DNA of 63,964 nt, filler included, from Octopus bimaculoides (GCF_001194135.2; 6 parts of 5 records of this genome joined end to end with filler, not necessarily neighbours in it); one strand, 5' to 3'; counted from the first letter of the whole stretch, positions 23,430 to 36,445 are shown. Notes: generated by a model from the sequence alone, not told the origin. Translations and numbers: made by a program.

Positions 23430-24800
23430 CGAACAACAATAAGGCAAACACGTAAAAGTAAAATGGCAGCGAAAATGATTTACAAGGTGTTGTTTTGTTG
23501 CTGTTATTTCAATTTTGTCGGTTTTTCTTTTCTTTTCAATATCTTGTCTTATAAAAACTAACAAATTTTGTCCGACATACTTTCGCAGGAACCAGCAAGA
23601 AACGGATGGCGCCATCTATCTACCTTTCAGAGATTGGGGGAGATTATGTGAGATTACTGGGAACTATGGTAGCATTGATCTGCTTCGATTTGTTTTCAGT
23701 ATTCGTCATAGCAAACGAGGAATTCTTGTTAGAATTGTTGTTAATGGCGGTGTTTATTCTTAGGTCTTCCTTCGTCGAGCAGATCTATGCTGAAAGACGT
23801 TCTAGCGATGCCCAGCCTAGTTTTTGCTCTGACAGATCATATTTAAGAGCATTTTTCAGTCTGGCTCATTTTTAAGACACTAAGATATGATGTGAGGGTT
23901 ATTTAACTGCTATTTCCCGAAGGTTGAGTGTCGTGTTTTGTAGGCTTAGATTCCTCATTACTTCTTTGATATGCTATTGTTGGCATTGTTGTTCACTTTA
24001 TCGTTGTTCTTTAGTAACAAGATACTTTTTACCGAGTAGATTCACCATGCAACATATTGCTGTGGTGACCATCAAATTATCAATTGTCTTTTTATAAAAC
24101 GGTAGAATATGATTTAAGGCATAGTTAGTTGCTATCTTTAGCAGATAAGGTGACTTTATAGAAGCTTTCTCACTGCCCTGCTGAGTCCGTCGTACATAGT
24201 GGAAGTAAAAAGTAAAAAGAGGCGGAGATAAGACAAAAGACAGTGTACAGCAGTTAGTTTGTGAACATGTTTAGATGAACGTCTTGGGGCAGTGAACATG
24301 CTCACGTTCACTATTCTATTACATACAACTTGTAAACAAAAGCCCATATTAAACCCACTATTTGCAAATGATTAGTATCCTGATAGAAAGATAAGAAAGA
24401 ATGTAGTCGGACCATATCAAGAAATCGAAAGCGAAAGTAGGTGAAAGAAGATGATGTAAAACAGAATTTGTGAAAGGTCACGAAAATGGCGGATTAGGTC
24501 GGATTTTTTGCTTGGGACATACAACTTCATAAAGCTACGGCTTTTCTTTACTTGAAACACCTCAGTCCTCTGCTAAAGTACAAACTCAACTCGTTCGTCC
24601 ATGTAGCAGAGAAGATCTGGTGTCCTATGTTCCGATTCTTGTTCTTTGTCACTTTTACGGAATACATCGTATATCTCATTCCAAGCCAATTTCAGAGTTC
24701 CTATTTTCGGCAGTTTGCACATACTCGCCAGCAATTCGTTACGTCTATTTTCAGTGTTAAAACAGTGTTCTCTATAAATATTTGATGGATCCTAGAATTT
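23430..24800. promoter_or_regulatory. Relatively CpG-rich unique island with YY1-like AAAATGGC/GATGGCG motifs; possible promoter or first-exon region
   Basis: aaaatggcagcg (23460), gatggcgccatc (about 23600) and aaaatggcgg (about 24483). CpG is visibly more frequent than in the flanks. Function not shown. Confidence 0.3.
24586..24791 (-). CDS. Candidate internal exon (DPSNIYREHCFNTENRRNELLASMCKLPKIGTLKLAWNEIYDVFRKSDKEQESEHRTPDLLCYMDERV), phase 0 to 2
   Basis: 206-nt stop-free frame between acceptor aaaattctag and a weak donor GA/gtttgt, with in-frame stops just outside both ends. Two plus-strand frames are also open here, so the strand is not certain. Confidence 0.4.
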
Positions 24801-24934
24801 TCATATCCTCATTACGAGAAATTGTTCTCTGTCTCTCCCACGTTTTCATTTTTTATATGTCGTCGTTTTTTTTAATCTTTTCGCAACGTTTCCTAATCGA
24901 TAATTTTCATCACAGTTTATAGAACTTTAAAGCT

Positions 24935-24959
24935 AATAATAATAATGATAATAATAATG

Positions 24960-25026
<67 letters not shown>

Positions 25027-25034
25027 TAATTATT
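24935..25034. repeat. (TAA)n microsatellite
   Basis: Direct reading. Confidence 0.95.
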
Positions 25035-25044
25035 NNNNNNNNNN

Positions 25045-25490
25045 TATTCTGCTCAATACCACAGATTTGCTTGTCAGTTGTTTGACCTTAACCAGTTGAG
25101 CATGTCCCTTGGTGGCTGACGATATGTGCGTCTCTGATTACAAGCAGAAATCATGAGGGAGCGTCATAGCCATGTGTTGAGAGGAATTCTTTGGGGTTTG
25201 AATAATTCACCCTTGGAAACATGGGTGTTTTGCTCAACATCCTTAAACAAACCTTATTCAGGGACCTTTTGAGCGGGATGTGCTTCGCGATCTTGGGGAG
25301 AATTCTAACTGGTACCCACCTGCGTGGTCATGCGCTGTTTATTTTGATATGAGGTCACCTTGTCGTGCACATATGGTAGTGATGCATGTGCCTGGTGTAC
25401 CCTTATCAAACGGGTAGTCATGATGGGCATAATGGGCTTCGTATATTTTACCCCAGTGTCACTTTGATGCCATGCACTGCTCTCTCACTC
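25045..25490. mobile_element. Unclassified interspersed repeat, family C (longer copy)
   Basis: Alignable to 8465-8820; embedded between two (TAA)n tracts. Confidence 0.8.
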
Positions 25491-25528
<38 letters not shown>

Positions 25529-25594
25529 GAAGAAGAAGAAGAAGAAGAAGAAGAAGAAGAAGAAGAAGAAGAAGAAGAAGAAGAAGAAGAAGAA
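25491..25594. repeat. Compound (TAA)n(GAA)n microsatellite running into a gap
   Basis: Direct reading. Confidence 0.95.
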
Positions 25595-26312
25595 NNNNNN
25601 NNNNNNNNNNNNNNNNNNNNNNNNNNNNNNNNNNNNNNNNNNNNNNNNNNNNNNNNNNNNNNNNNNNNNNNNNNNNNNNNNNNNNNNNNNNNNNNNNNNN
25701 NNNNNNNNNNNNNNNNNNNNNNNNNNNNNNNNNNNNNNNNNNNNNNNNNNNNNNNNNNNNNNNNNNNNNNNNNNNNNNNNNNNNNNNNNNNNNNNNNNNN
25801 NNNNNNNNNNNNNNNNNNNNNNNNNNNNNNNNNNNNNNNNNNNNNNNNNNNNNNNNNNNNNNNNNNNNNNNNNNNNNNNNNNNNNNNNNNNNNNNNNNNN
25901 NNNNNNNNNNNNNNNNNNNNNNNNNNNNNNNNNNNNNNNNNNNNNNNNNNNNNNNNNNNNNNNNNNNNNNNNNNNNNNNNNNNNNNNNNNNNNNNNNNNN
26001 NNNNNNNNNNNNNNNNNNNNNNNNNNNNNNNNNNNNNNNNNNNNNNNNNNNNNNNNNNNNNNNNNNNNNNNNNNNNNNNNNNNNNNNNNNNNNNNNNNNN
26101 NNNNNNNNNNNNNNNNNNNNNNNNNNNNNNNNNNNNNNNNNNNNNNNNNNNNNNNNNNNNNNNNNNNNNNNNNNNNNNNNNNNNNNNNNNNNNNNNNNNN
26201 NNNNNNNNNNNNNNNNNNNNNNNNNNNNNNNNNNNNNNNNNNNNNNNNNNNNNNNNNNNNNNNNNNNNNNNNNNNNNNNNNNNNNNNNNNNNNNNNNNNN
26301 NNNNNNNNNNNN

Positions 26313-26615
26313 AAAAATAGAAACAATTCCTATTATAGTAGGTGCCTTAGGTATAATAAAAAAATATTCAGACAAATACATAACAAAAACACCAGGACTT
26401 ACAAATATATATAACATACAGAAAATTGCACTACTGGGCACAGCACACATCCTACGCAAAACACTTTCAATACAGTAACCATAAGAGCACCACAGCAAAC
26501 CACAGCACATACCCAAGGCGCACAGAGCTGCGCTCGGTAGTGAAGTGAAAGCACTTTATAAAAATAAAACTACTGAACAATAATAATATTAATGATAATA
26601 ATAATAATAATAATT
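26313..26615 (+). mobile_element. R4/Dong-clade non-LTR retrotransposon 3' end (end of the restriction-like endonuclease ORF plus 3'UTR), (TAA)n-flanked
   Basis: Frame 26314-26478 reads KIETIPIIVGALGIIKK...NIQKIALLGTAHILRKTLSIQ*, matching the IPIIVGALG...QKxxLLGTAxILRK terminus of R4/Dong ORFs. Followed by a short UTR and TAA repeats. Confidence 0.85.
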
Positions 26616-27819
26616 CTATTTGTTAAGTGCAACTGTTGCTTATGCTATTTACGATGTGGTTCGCTTAGTAAACACAGACGTAGAATGTTGCTGCTATTGT
26701 TGTTGTTGTTGTTGTTATTGCTCTTGTAGCTGCCAGACATTGCGCATAATCATTAAAATGTATAATGATATTGACTGGTTCTAGGAATTCTGCTGTAAAT
26801 ATTGGTTCAAGGAAATAAATGTGAAAGTCAATGCAGTGTGAAATCCATCCGTACATGTATACACACGTGCATGTATATATGTGTATGTATATGTGTGTGT
26901 GTGTGTATATACATATACATATGTGCATACGTGTGTATATACATGTACGTATGTATGTATCTATGCAGCTATCATCTAGCTAGCTAGCTTTTATCTGTCT
27001 CTCAATACATACATATCCGTCCATCCATCCATCCATCCATCCATGTACTCATTCGTCCACACACGCACGCACACATGTATGTATGCATGCAAGCATGTAT
27101 GTATGTATGTATGTATGTAATAAACAGACATGAGCTTAGAAAAATAACTCAGAGTGGAAATGGTACGTATTTGAAGAACAGAAACAAATGCAGGTATATT
27201 AAATACCATACAACATAAATTCTTGATTTATTAACACTATCTCCACCTCTAGAGGAGAAGATGTCGCAGTTGATGAACAGCAATTGCGGCCTCATCCATA
27301 TGAAAAGGGGTGACAATTTCAAGATTCAAATATTCTCAGCTTCTAATTTTTCTTACTGTATAAAGAAAGAGGTTAAATCTATCAAACTTATAGCCGTATT
27401 GCAAAGTATTATCATTAACGTTAATTTTAAGTTTTATCAAAAATGCCACGGGAGGCAAATCCGAAATCCAAATTAAATTAATGGTGTAAAGATTTATATT
27501 TATTTGAGTATAAAATAGGTCATTTAATTTTATTGTTTTTGTGATCAATAATAATGTTTGATTATGTTTATATGTTATTTATATTAATTAAATGATGGTA
27601 ATAGTAATTTTTAATATGTCGTATAATACTTGTAATAATATTTTAAAATTAAATTCGTTACCGTTGTTTACAATCTTATTTCATATCCCATCAAGATCAA
27701 CTTTGTTTTTTTATCCCTCTGAGGTCCATAAAATTTGGTATCACTCAAATACTGAGTCGATGGCGGTAATAAACTTTAGATCCTGAAAAATGTGGTCTTG
27801 TGCCTAAATTAGAAATAAT

Positions 27820-28028
27820 GGCATCAAATTTTGGCACCAGGCCGGAAAATTTTAAGAGGGGGGTAAATCGATTACATCGACCGCAGTATTTAACTGGTAC
27901 TTATCTTATCGACTCTGAACAGATGAAAGGCAAAGTCGACCTCGGCGAAATTTGAACCCAGGACGTAAAGATGAGCTAAATGCCGCCAAGCATTCGGCGT
28001 GCTAGCGATTCTGCCAGCTCGCTGCCTT
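27820..28028 (-). mobile_element. SINE family B
   Basis: atcgattacatcgacc...actggtactta...gatgaaaggcaaagtcgacctcggcgaaatttgaac...ctgccagctcgctgcc. Confidence 0.88.
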
Positions 28029-28390
28029 CAATAGACATCAGCTTCAAATATATTCGGGTAGATTCTTATAAATTTACGTCTTTGTTTTTCTAATCAAAAG
28101 AAATATTTTAATTAACGTCTGTTGTACTGTATGATTTGCTATCTTGCTTGAAGGCATATTTAGTACATGATCAATAAATGATGATCAATAAATAATGTCA
28201 ACTGTTGTCTAATCAGCGCCGAAGACGAAGTAGCAAGATGCGGGCTGCAGAAAACTACGGCAACGCTTCTGGGCTTAATGGAGAATTCACTTGCAACATT
28301 TTGAAGCTCTTGTGGGAGCCTAAAACGTGAGGGTCACAGCTGCCATTTCTTGTTTCGGTAAGAACCCGGTACCAATATTTCAGGCAATTG

Positions 28391-28582
28391 AGGTGGCGAA
28401 CTGGCAGAATCGTTAGCAAACGGAAAAAAGTTTAGCGACATTTTGTCCGTCTTGACGATCTGAGATCAAATCCCGTCGAGGTCAACTTTATCGTTCCTCT
28501 TTTTAGAGTCGATGAAAGATGTACCAGTTGAGCATTGGGGCGCTGAACTTGTTGCCCTTGTGCCAAAATTTGAAAAACAATA
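28391..28582 (+). mobile_element. SINE family B, diverged
   Basis: gaggtggcgaactggcagaatcgttagc...gagatcaaatcccgtcgaggtcaacttt...gtaccagttgagc. Confidence 0.85.
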
Positions 28583-28984
28583 TTTCAGACGATTGTTAGG
28601 GGAGTGTTACCTATACTAAATGTAAGATGAGATCAGGACGTGCCGGTTTCAAATCTTTGTTGCTGAAATTTTCGCTTCATTTGTGTTATTCAAAGATAAA
28701 ACGACTTGTGCGTGTGTGTACGCATGCGTNNNNNNNNNNNNNNNNNNNNNNNNNNNNNNNNNNNNNNNNNNNNNNNNNNNNNNNNNNNNNNNNNNNNNNN
28801 NNNNNNNNNNNNNNNNNNNNNNNNNNNNNNNNNNNNNNNNNNNNNNNNNNNNNNNNNNNNNNNNNNNNNNNNNNNNNNNNNNNNNNNNNNNNNNNNNNNN
28901 NNNNNNNNNNNNNNNNNNNNNNNNNNNNNNNNNNNNNNNNNNNNNNNNNNNNNNNNNNNNNNNNACTTGCATTTTAAACCAGGT

Positions 28985-29215
28985 ATTCATTGTATCGGTC
29001 TCTTTTGGCGAACCGCTGCTAAGCTACGGCGACGTAAACACAGCGACACCAGTTTTCAGGTGGTGGCGGGTACAAACACACACACATTCAACGGTTTTCT
29101 ATCAGTTTCCGTCCATCAAGTCCACTCAAAAGGCTTTGGTCTGCCCGAGGCTATTGGAGATGACGCTTACCATGAGTGCCACTCAATGGGACTGAATCCC
29201 GAACCAACCGCCACA
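28985..29215 (-). mobile_element. SINE family D
   Basis: tatcggtctcttttggcgaaccgct...cagtttccgtccatcaagtccactcaaaaggctttgg is the reverse complement of the family D body. Confidence 0.82.
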
Positions 29216-29219
29216 GCAA

Positions 29220-29221
29220 CG

Positions 29222-29261
<40 letters not shown>

Positions 29262-30281
29262 TATATATAGATATATATACATACACACACACGCATATAT
29301 ATAGATATATATATACATACACACATATATTTATACATAAAAATCACATGTATGCGCACACAAACATCTAACCATGTATGAACATATACATGTGTGTGTG
29401 TTGATGGCGATGAACGAAGCTGGGTACATGTGGCAGTCAGAAGGACTGGTGCAAGCTTTGAACAATTCCATTAAAGCCCAAAAGCCAAGATAGAACTCGA
29501 CATAAATGGCTACATATGTATTAATTCGAAAGAAACGTTCCTATTTATTGACTTACTCTCATCTACAAGAACCAAATGGCCACGAAGAGTTCCTACAACA
29601 CTATACAACTGTTACATTTATTCCTATTTTTGTGTTTTAATATTTATGTTAGTTTTTTATTACTTTTATTTCCGCATTCATTTATTTCTGTATTTATTTA
29701 TTCATGTTTATGTTTCTTTCTCAGCCCCCACCCCCCGCCTCCCGTGTGATATTATTTCTTTCGGTTGCTATCACATTTTAATTGTTGTTGTTTTTCTTCT
29801 AGTCGTTATTGTTGTTGTTGTTGTTGTTTCTTTTGCTGCAACTGATGTCGTCGTAGTTGTTACTGTTGCTGATACTGTTTTTGCTGCTAATTTTAGCTGA
29901 TTCTGTTGCTGCTGTGCGTTTTAGATGTTCTAGAAACTGTTGTTTATGCTGTTGTCTTTTTTACTGCTGCTGCAGATGTTTTTGCTGATGTTGTTAAATG
30001 TTGTTGATGTTGCTCTTTTCGTTCCCCAAAACATCAAAACGAAAACCTCAAAAAAAAATAAAACATACAAAACGATCACACTCACACACACACACACACA
30101 CAAATACGCGTGGTAGCTCTCTCACACACACACTGTAAAGAAAAGCCCCCAACCCCAAAACAGATACAGTACATCCAGTGAAAATAAGGTTTTATATTGG
30201 AATATTATTGTTTCATTGAGGAATGAGGAAAGCATACTAAGATAAAATGAAACATGATAAAATAATACATAGGTATGTATG

Positions 30282-30320
<39 letters not shown>

Positions 30321-30531
30321 GCGTGTGTGTGCTTGCTTATTTGCATGCATGTAAGTATGGCTAAATAAATGTATGTGAATATATGTATGTGCGTGCGCAT
30401 ATATATATATGTATATGCATATATATACATATATACATATACATATATATATATATACACACACATATATACACATATATATGCATATATATATATATTT
30501 AGATATATATATATATATATATATATACATA

Positions 30532-30577
<46 letters not shown>

Positions 30578-30922
30578 NNNNNNNNNNTAAATATTATGTA
30601 TGTGTGTATCTATTTAGGTACGTATGTGTGTATATATATATATATATATATGCATACATATACATACATACATATATATATATATATGTTTGTATGTATA
30701 TATGTATGCATATACACAAATGCATCAGCATATCAGCGAGATTCTTCTACGAAAGACAAACAGACATTTATATAATCTGGTATATTTGTAAATACGTTTT
30801 CTGAATCTAATCAGTCTCCAGTTTACCCCTGAGAAAGAATTGCATTCTATTTGTTGTTTTAGAGACGGGTTTTCGCTTGTTTTTTGCTCTTCTTACTATC
30901 ATTCTCAGCAGCGACAGCAGCA

Positions 30923-30961
<39 letters not shown>

Positions 30962-31152
30962 TCATGGAGATCAGTGTAGCTGTTGTTGTTATCATTCTTG
31001 TTATATATGTTGCTGATTAATTGTGTGTTGTTACGCACAAATTCAGGCACGGCCTCAGGAATGCGCACACGCACACATATACATACATGCTCCACGCAAA
31101 TACATCTACGGATGTGTGTTCGTATGTGTATGTATGTGTGTGTGCGTGTTTA

Positions 31153-31193
<41 letters not shown>

Positions 31194-31355
31194 TTATGTA
31201 TGTAGACGTCGGGTTGGCGGTGGCACGGTGGCACAGTGGTCCAATGAAGAGAAGCTAAGATACCTGTTACTGAGATATGACTGTAAGAAAGAAACGCCTT
31301 TTGGGCTACATATACAACACCACACTATCAAACTTATACCATACATACATATTCG

Positions 31356-31389
<34 letters not shown>

Positions 31390-31485
31390 CATATATACAT
31401 ATATATTTTTGAATATGTATATCATATATATATATATATGTATATATGTGTATGCATATATATGTATATATATGTATGCATATAA

Positions 31486-31580
<95 letters not shown>

Positions 31581-31795
31581 CATGTATGTATGTGTGTGTG
31601 TGTGTGTATGTGTGTGTGTGTGTATAAAACATGTATTTCATTTATGTCATTATTGCCCCTTTGATGATGATATTGTTGTTGATGATTGTGATGTTTTTCC
31701 TTTTCTTTGTTAATTTCACTATTTTCATTCCATTAATAATATGAAATTATTGTTATTTATTATTGTTGCTATTGTTGTTGCTGGTGTTGTTATTG

Positions 31796-31826
<31 letters not shown>

Positions 31827-32188
31827 TATTATCATGTGTTTTTGTTGTTGTTGCCCTTGTTTTCATATTGTTATTATTATCAACATCATTTTCATTATTA
31901 TCGCCAAGATTTTTATTAATATTATTTTTATTACAGATGATTGTGTATATTTAATAAAATATGTATATCAGAATATATAGGATTTTTATTATAGTCTTGG
32001 TTTAAAAAAATAAAACACAAAAAAAAAACACCACCACCACCACCACCACCAATAACAACAACAACAGCAACAACAACAATCATGAACNNNNNNNNNNNNN
32101 NNNNNNNNNNNNNNNNNNNNNNNNNNNNNNNNNNNNNNNNNNNNNNNNNNNNNNNNNNNNNNNNNNNNNNNNNNNNNNNNNNNNNNNN

Positions 32189-32247
<59 letters not shown>

Positions 32248-32528
32248 TGGAGGGAGGGAGAGAGAGCTTTCTAACTTGATAGATAAATATAGAAGGGTAT
32301 TTAGATAAGTACAAGATAGGTTTAGAGTCAGCAATAACTCTTGTTCAATCAATTTATCTAACAATTTCGATATAGACATTATTAAATGATTTTTCTTCGT
32401 AACGTAAATCGAATCTAAATCTTTTTTACTGGTAAAATATAGCTGGTTTAATACACAAACACACAAGCATACACACAAATACGTACGCCCATACCTATAT
32501 AGGTATAAATTTACACATATATATATAC

Positions 32529-32569
<41 letters not shown>

Positions 32570-32700
32570 CATACACACATATATATATTTATATTAATAT
32601 ACATAAATATATATATACATACATATATATATATACGTATATATATATATATACATATATATAATATAGACGTTTGTATGTACATATAATATATATANNN
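29220..32700. repeat. Block dominated by compound (CA)/(TA)/(GA)/(GTT)/(CAG)/(ATC) microsatellites with small unique islands and gaps
   Basis: Direct reading; this explains the YI/CV/TH-repeat ORFs. Confidence 0.9.
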
Positions 32701-32796
32701 NNNNNNNNNNNNNNNNNNNNNNNNNNNNNNNNNNNNNNNNNTTAATTAATTAANNNNNNNNNNNNNNNNNNNNNNNNNNNNNNNNNNNNNNNNNNN

Positions 32797-32851
32797 NGCC
32801 TTGTGAGTGGATTTGGCAGACGGAAACTGAAAGAAGCCCGTCGTATATATG

Positions 32852-32884
<33 letters not shown>

Positions 32885-33085
32885 TTGTGTGTCTGTGTTT
32901 GTCCCCCCAGCATCGCTTGACAACCGATGCTGGTGTGTTTATATCCCCGTAACTTAGCGGTTCGGCAATAGAGACCGATAAAATAAGTACTAGGCTTCTA
33001 AAGAATAAGTCCTGGGGTCGATTTGCTCAACTAAAGGCGGTGCTCCAGCATGGCCACAGTCAAAAGACTGAAACAAGTAAAAGAG
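32797..33085 (+). mobile_element. SINE family D, well preserved (5' part lost in the gap)
   Basis: gccttgtgagtggatttggcagacggaaactgaaagaagcccgtcg-(TA)(TG)-gtccccccagcatcgcttgacaaccgatgctgg...ccagcatggccacagtc. Confidence 0.9.
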
Positions 33086-34059
33086 AAAGGAGATAGAATT
33101 TGTTTATTTATACTTATGCCAGAGTAGAATTTTCAGCACATTGACACTCTCTGTGACTACAGCTACTATGTTATTAGTAAGTGGTAACCAATTTCTTCTT
33201 CAATGATAACATTAAGTACTGGGTTTATAGAAAAAAAGGTACTTCGTATTAAAAGTACTAACCAATACCATAATAGGAAGGATTCCTTCATCATCACTTC
33301 TGATTCTCAAGGCCGGACTAGTTCTGAGTTCAAGATATGTTCTTTGGGGTCGTGTAAAAGATCACACTTTCTTAGTACAGACACATATAAATCAGCTTCT
33401 TAATAAACGAAGATTGTTTAATAAATACATTTGTATGTATTAGACGTAGACTTTGTCTATACAACGGAAAAGAATTAAGCAACCACTAGATGGGAAGAAA
33501 AATAAATTCACAACCGTAACTCACTCGCACACACATGCTTTTGGGTTTATACATGCATATATATATATATATATATATACGTAATATTTGTGCACATGCA
33601 AACTTATACACGCACCACACGCGTGAAGACATATATGTTTGGGTGTATGTGTGTATGGAGGCATATGCATGTTTGTGATTGTGTACGTATATGTATGCAT
33701 ATATGTGTGTGTTCGCAAGTTTGCATGTGTACAAATAGAAAATAAATATAATTTTCATTTTATAACAGAGAAGTGGGAAGAGAGTGCTATAAAGCATTGA
33801 AGTACTCCAACTGAAATGTTCAACAAGACTCAAACAAGGAGACAGGGACGTAAAAAGAAACAAGTGTAAAGTGAAATACAAAGTGCTAAAATATAAATAA
33901 ATAGTGACAAACACCACGAAGGAAGGCATCCGGTGAGCTGAGACCTCAAGTTAGTTTTCATTTCCGGTTGAAGCGAAAACTTCTCAGCTACGCTACTAAT
34001 GCCCTCGATAAAAGTCATGGATATGTGTGCGTGCGTGCGCGTGTGCGTGCGTGCGTGCA

Positions 34060-34096
<37 letters not shown>

Positions 34097-34550
34097 GTGT
34101 GTGTGTAAAGCTTGTTCCTTTCAGTATGTAAATAAATATTATGTTAAAAACGTAACGTTTTCAATTTTTATTTGTTTTATATTTACTCTCGTGTATTTGC
34201 ATTCAGTATTTTGCGTGCCATGTTATATTTGCTCATTGCGTGAAGTTGTCACAATAATTTTGCTTTACGTTGTTTTCATCGTATAGTTGATGTGTTTGAC
34301 GTACAACTGTTACTGGAGTTACGAAGCAATAAAACAATTTATAGTTGCATAAGTGTCAATCGACTTTCGCTTTGGTGTTCATTCAAAAAGAAACATATTT
34401 TACGTTTGGCTAATATTAGTGAGTTCACTGTCCCCTCATTTTGGTTTCGTTTTCCTTTCTATTTCCATCTGAATCGATTCGCTGTCAACCCGAACCCCGT
34501 ACAACAATCAAATGAATTTGTGTTTTAGCTACTCTGTTCTACTTACAGTT

Positions 34551-34951
34551 GTGGAGGCACAATGGCCCAGTGGTTAGGGCAGGGGACTTGCGGTCACAAG
34601 ATCGCGGTTTCGATTCCCAGACCGGGCGTTGTGAGTGTTTATTGAGCGAAAACAAAACACTTAAAGCTCCACGAGGCTCCGGCAGGGAATGGTGGCGAAC
34701 CCTGCTGTACTCTTTCACCACAACTTCCTCTCACTCTTACCTCCTGTTCCTGGTGTGCCTGTATTTCAAAGGGTCAGCCTTGTCACACTGTGTCACGCTG
34801 AATATCCCCGAGAACTACGTTAAGGGTATACGTGTCTGTGGAGTGCTCAGCCACTTGCACGTTAATTTCACGAGCAGGCTGTTCCGTTGATCGGATCAAC
34901 TGGAACCCTCGACGTCGTAAGCAACGGAGTGCCAAGAATAACAACAACAAC
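34551..34951 (+). mobile_element. tRNA-derived SINE, family A, full length with a perfect 14-bp TSD
   Basis: TSD ttctacttacagtt at 34537-34550 and 34952-34965; A-box TGGCCCAGTGG; B-box-like GGTTTCGATTCC; (AAC)n tail. Confidence 0.96.
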
Positions 34952-35589
34952 TTCTACTTACAGTTATCTATGTATATGATGATTTTTTTCAGTTGTTTTT
35001 CAACACTTAAACTATTCTAACTATGCTAAGATTTCTGTATTTGCTCCTAATGAATTTTTAAAATTCTATAGTTCACTTAAACTTTACATTTTAGCATCCT
35101 TTTCATTAATGGCTTAACAACAATACGTTCTTTAATCCGATTCGTTAACTTCTTCCCGTTTATAGAATATGTTTCAAAAATAATTGACTAACCAGTACCT
35201 TATAGCAATTGACAGCAATTGTTATAAATTTCTGAATGTTTAATAAATCTTGCTTATAAATTTATTTTTTGGCGTTTCTTGTTTAAAAACTCATTAACTT
35301 AAAATAATTATATTTATTCTATAGTCAATAATTTAAGCATTATTGTACAGAAAATATTATTATTAGCGTATCTTCAATTGTTCTAGATACAATTACCGTT
35401 TCAATAACCGATTGTCGTATGAGTATTTATAAAAAAAAACAAAAACGTTTTCAAACACATTTTGATTTTAACAAAGAATTTGTTTTATTTAAATGTTGCA
35501 ATCATTCTCGCTATTATTTCTTATCAAATAAAGGGACACAGAAAGTTAACATAAGAGTTACCTCTTATGTTAACTTAAAGATACATACT

Positions 35590-36445
35590 ACAGTATTTCC
35601 CGATTGAATTCGTCCCTTTCTCAAATGGATTCGTCCTTTTCTCAAATGAATGTGTTCCTTTAATATTATTGTAGCCGATTTAAAAATAATAGTTTCAACA
35701 TTTTTAACATGCCAAACAAGACATACAAGAAAGCATCTGAGTAGGATAAAAAAGAATATTTTCTACTTTCAGAAACAGCGAAAATTTGAAATCGTTGTCC
35801 CGCGCCCTTGATATTAACTACAGTACAGTTAAGGCAATTGCGCAGAAAGATTATTTTCCAAAGAAAAAACGTGGGCACCGACAGCGAAAAATCAAGGAAA
35901 ATCATTAATAATTTTTGTCGATGAAGTTGATCTCGCACCACAACATACGGTTAAATATCTAACTCCTTATTCCCCAATGTTTAATCCCATTGAAGAAATG
36001 TTTAACGAATTGAAATCTTTTGTGAAGCACTATCTACAGAGTTATAAAAATGATCTCTACAACAGATCAGAAAATTTGCTCATGACGATTCATAGAGCAA
36101 ATATTTTAAAAACAGCAATGTATCTAGCTTTAAATTGTGCAAGATATGATCGACATCAAACATTTTTCATCCTACACGCATTGAATATGAAGACTTTGTG
36201 AAATAATCATGATTACAAACATTTTAAAATAAATTTAAATCGTTTTAAGTTTAGTTTTTTGTTTATTTTTCACTATTCTCGTGCTAAGATACTATTTTGT
36301 ATATTTGTTTAAACTTATAGGTGTCTAATTTTTTAAATATTTAAGATCTAAATTGGCTTTGATATCAAAGAGACGAATTCATTCGAGAAAAGGACGAATT
36401 TATTTGAGAAAGGGACGAATCATTTGAGAAAGGGCGAGGCACAGT
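35590..36445 (+). mobile_element. IS630/Tc1-like DNA transposon, internally deleted
   Basis: Inverted terminal regions built from repeats of about 22 bp (attcgtccctttctcaaatg at 35600-35655; gacgaattcatt(t/c)gagaaa(a/g)g three times at 36371-36435). The transposase remnant tatctaactccttattccccaatg then MFNPIEEMFNELKSFVK corresponds to the PYSPxLNPIE motif. Confidence 0.8.

Noticed and set aside
23606-23875. 89-aa hydrophobic ORF as a single-exon membrane protein
   Set aside because: No recognisable family; the hydrophobicity follows from T-rich composition, and alternative spliced readings fit equally well.
28220-28265. Additional hammerhead-like motif (gacgaagtag...ctacggcaac)
   Set aside because: It lacks both CUGA and GAAA.
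31206-31281. Myb/SANT-like WSNEEKLRYLL mini-exon
   Set aside because: A single short motif within microsatellite; splice-like signals occur on both strands; likely chance.
34551-34640. tRNA gene
   Set aside because: A/B boxes are present but it continues into a SINE body with a tail and TSD; no complete cloverleaf. The same applies to the other SINE heads.
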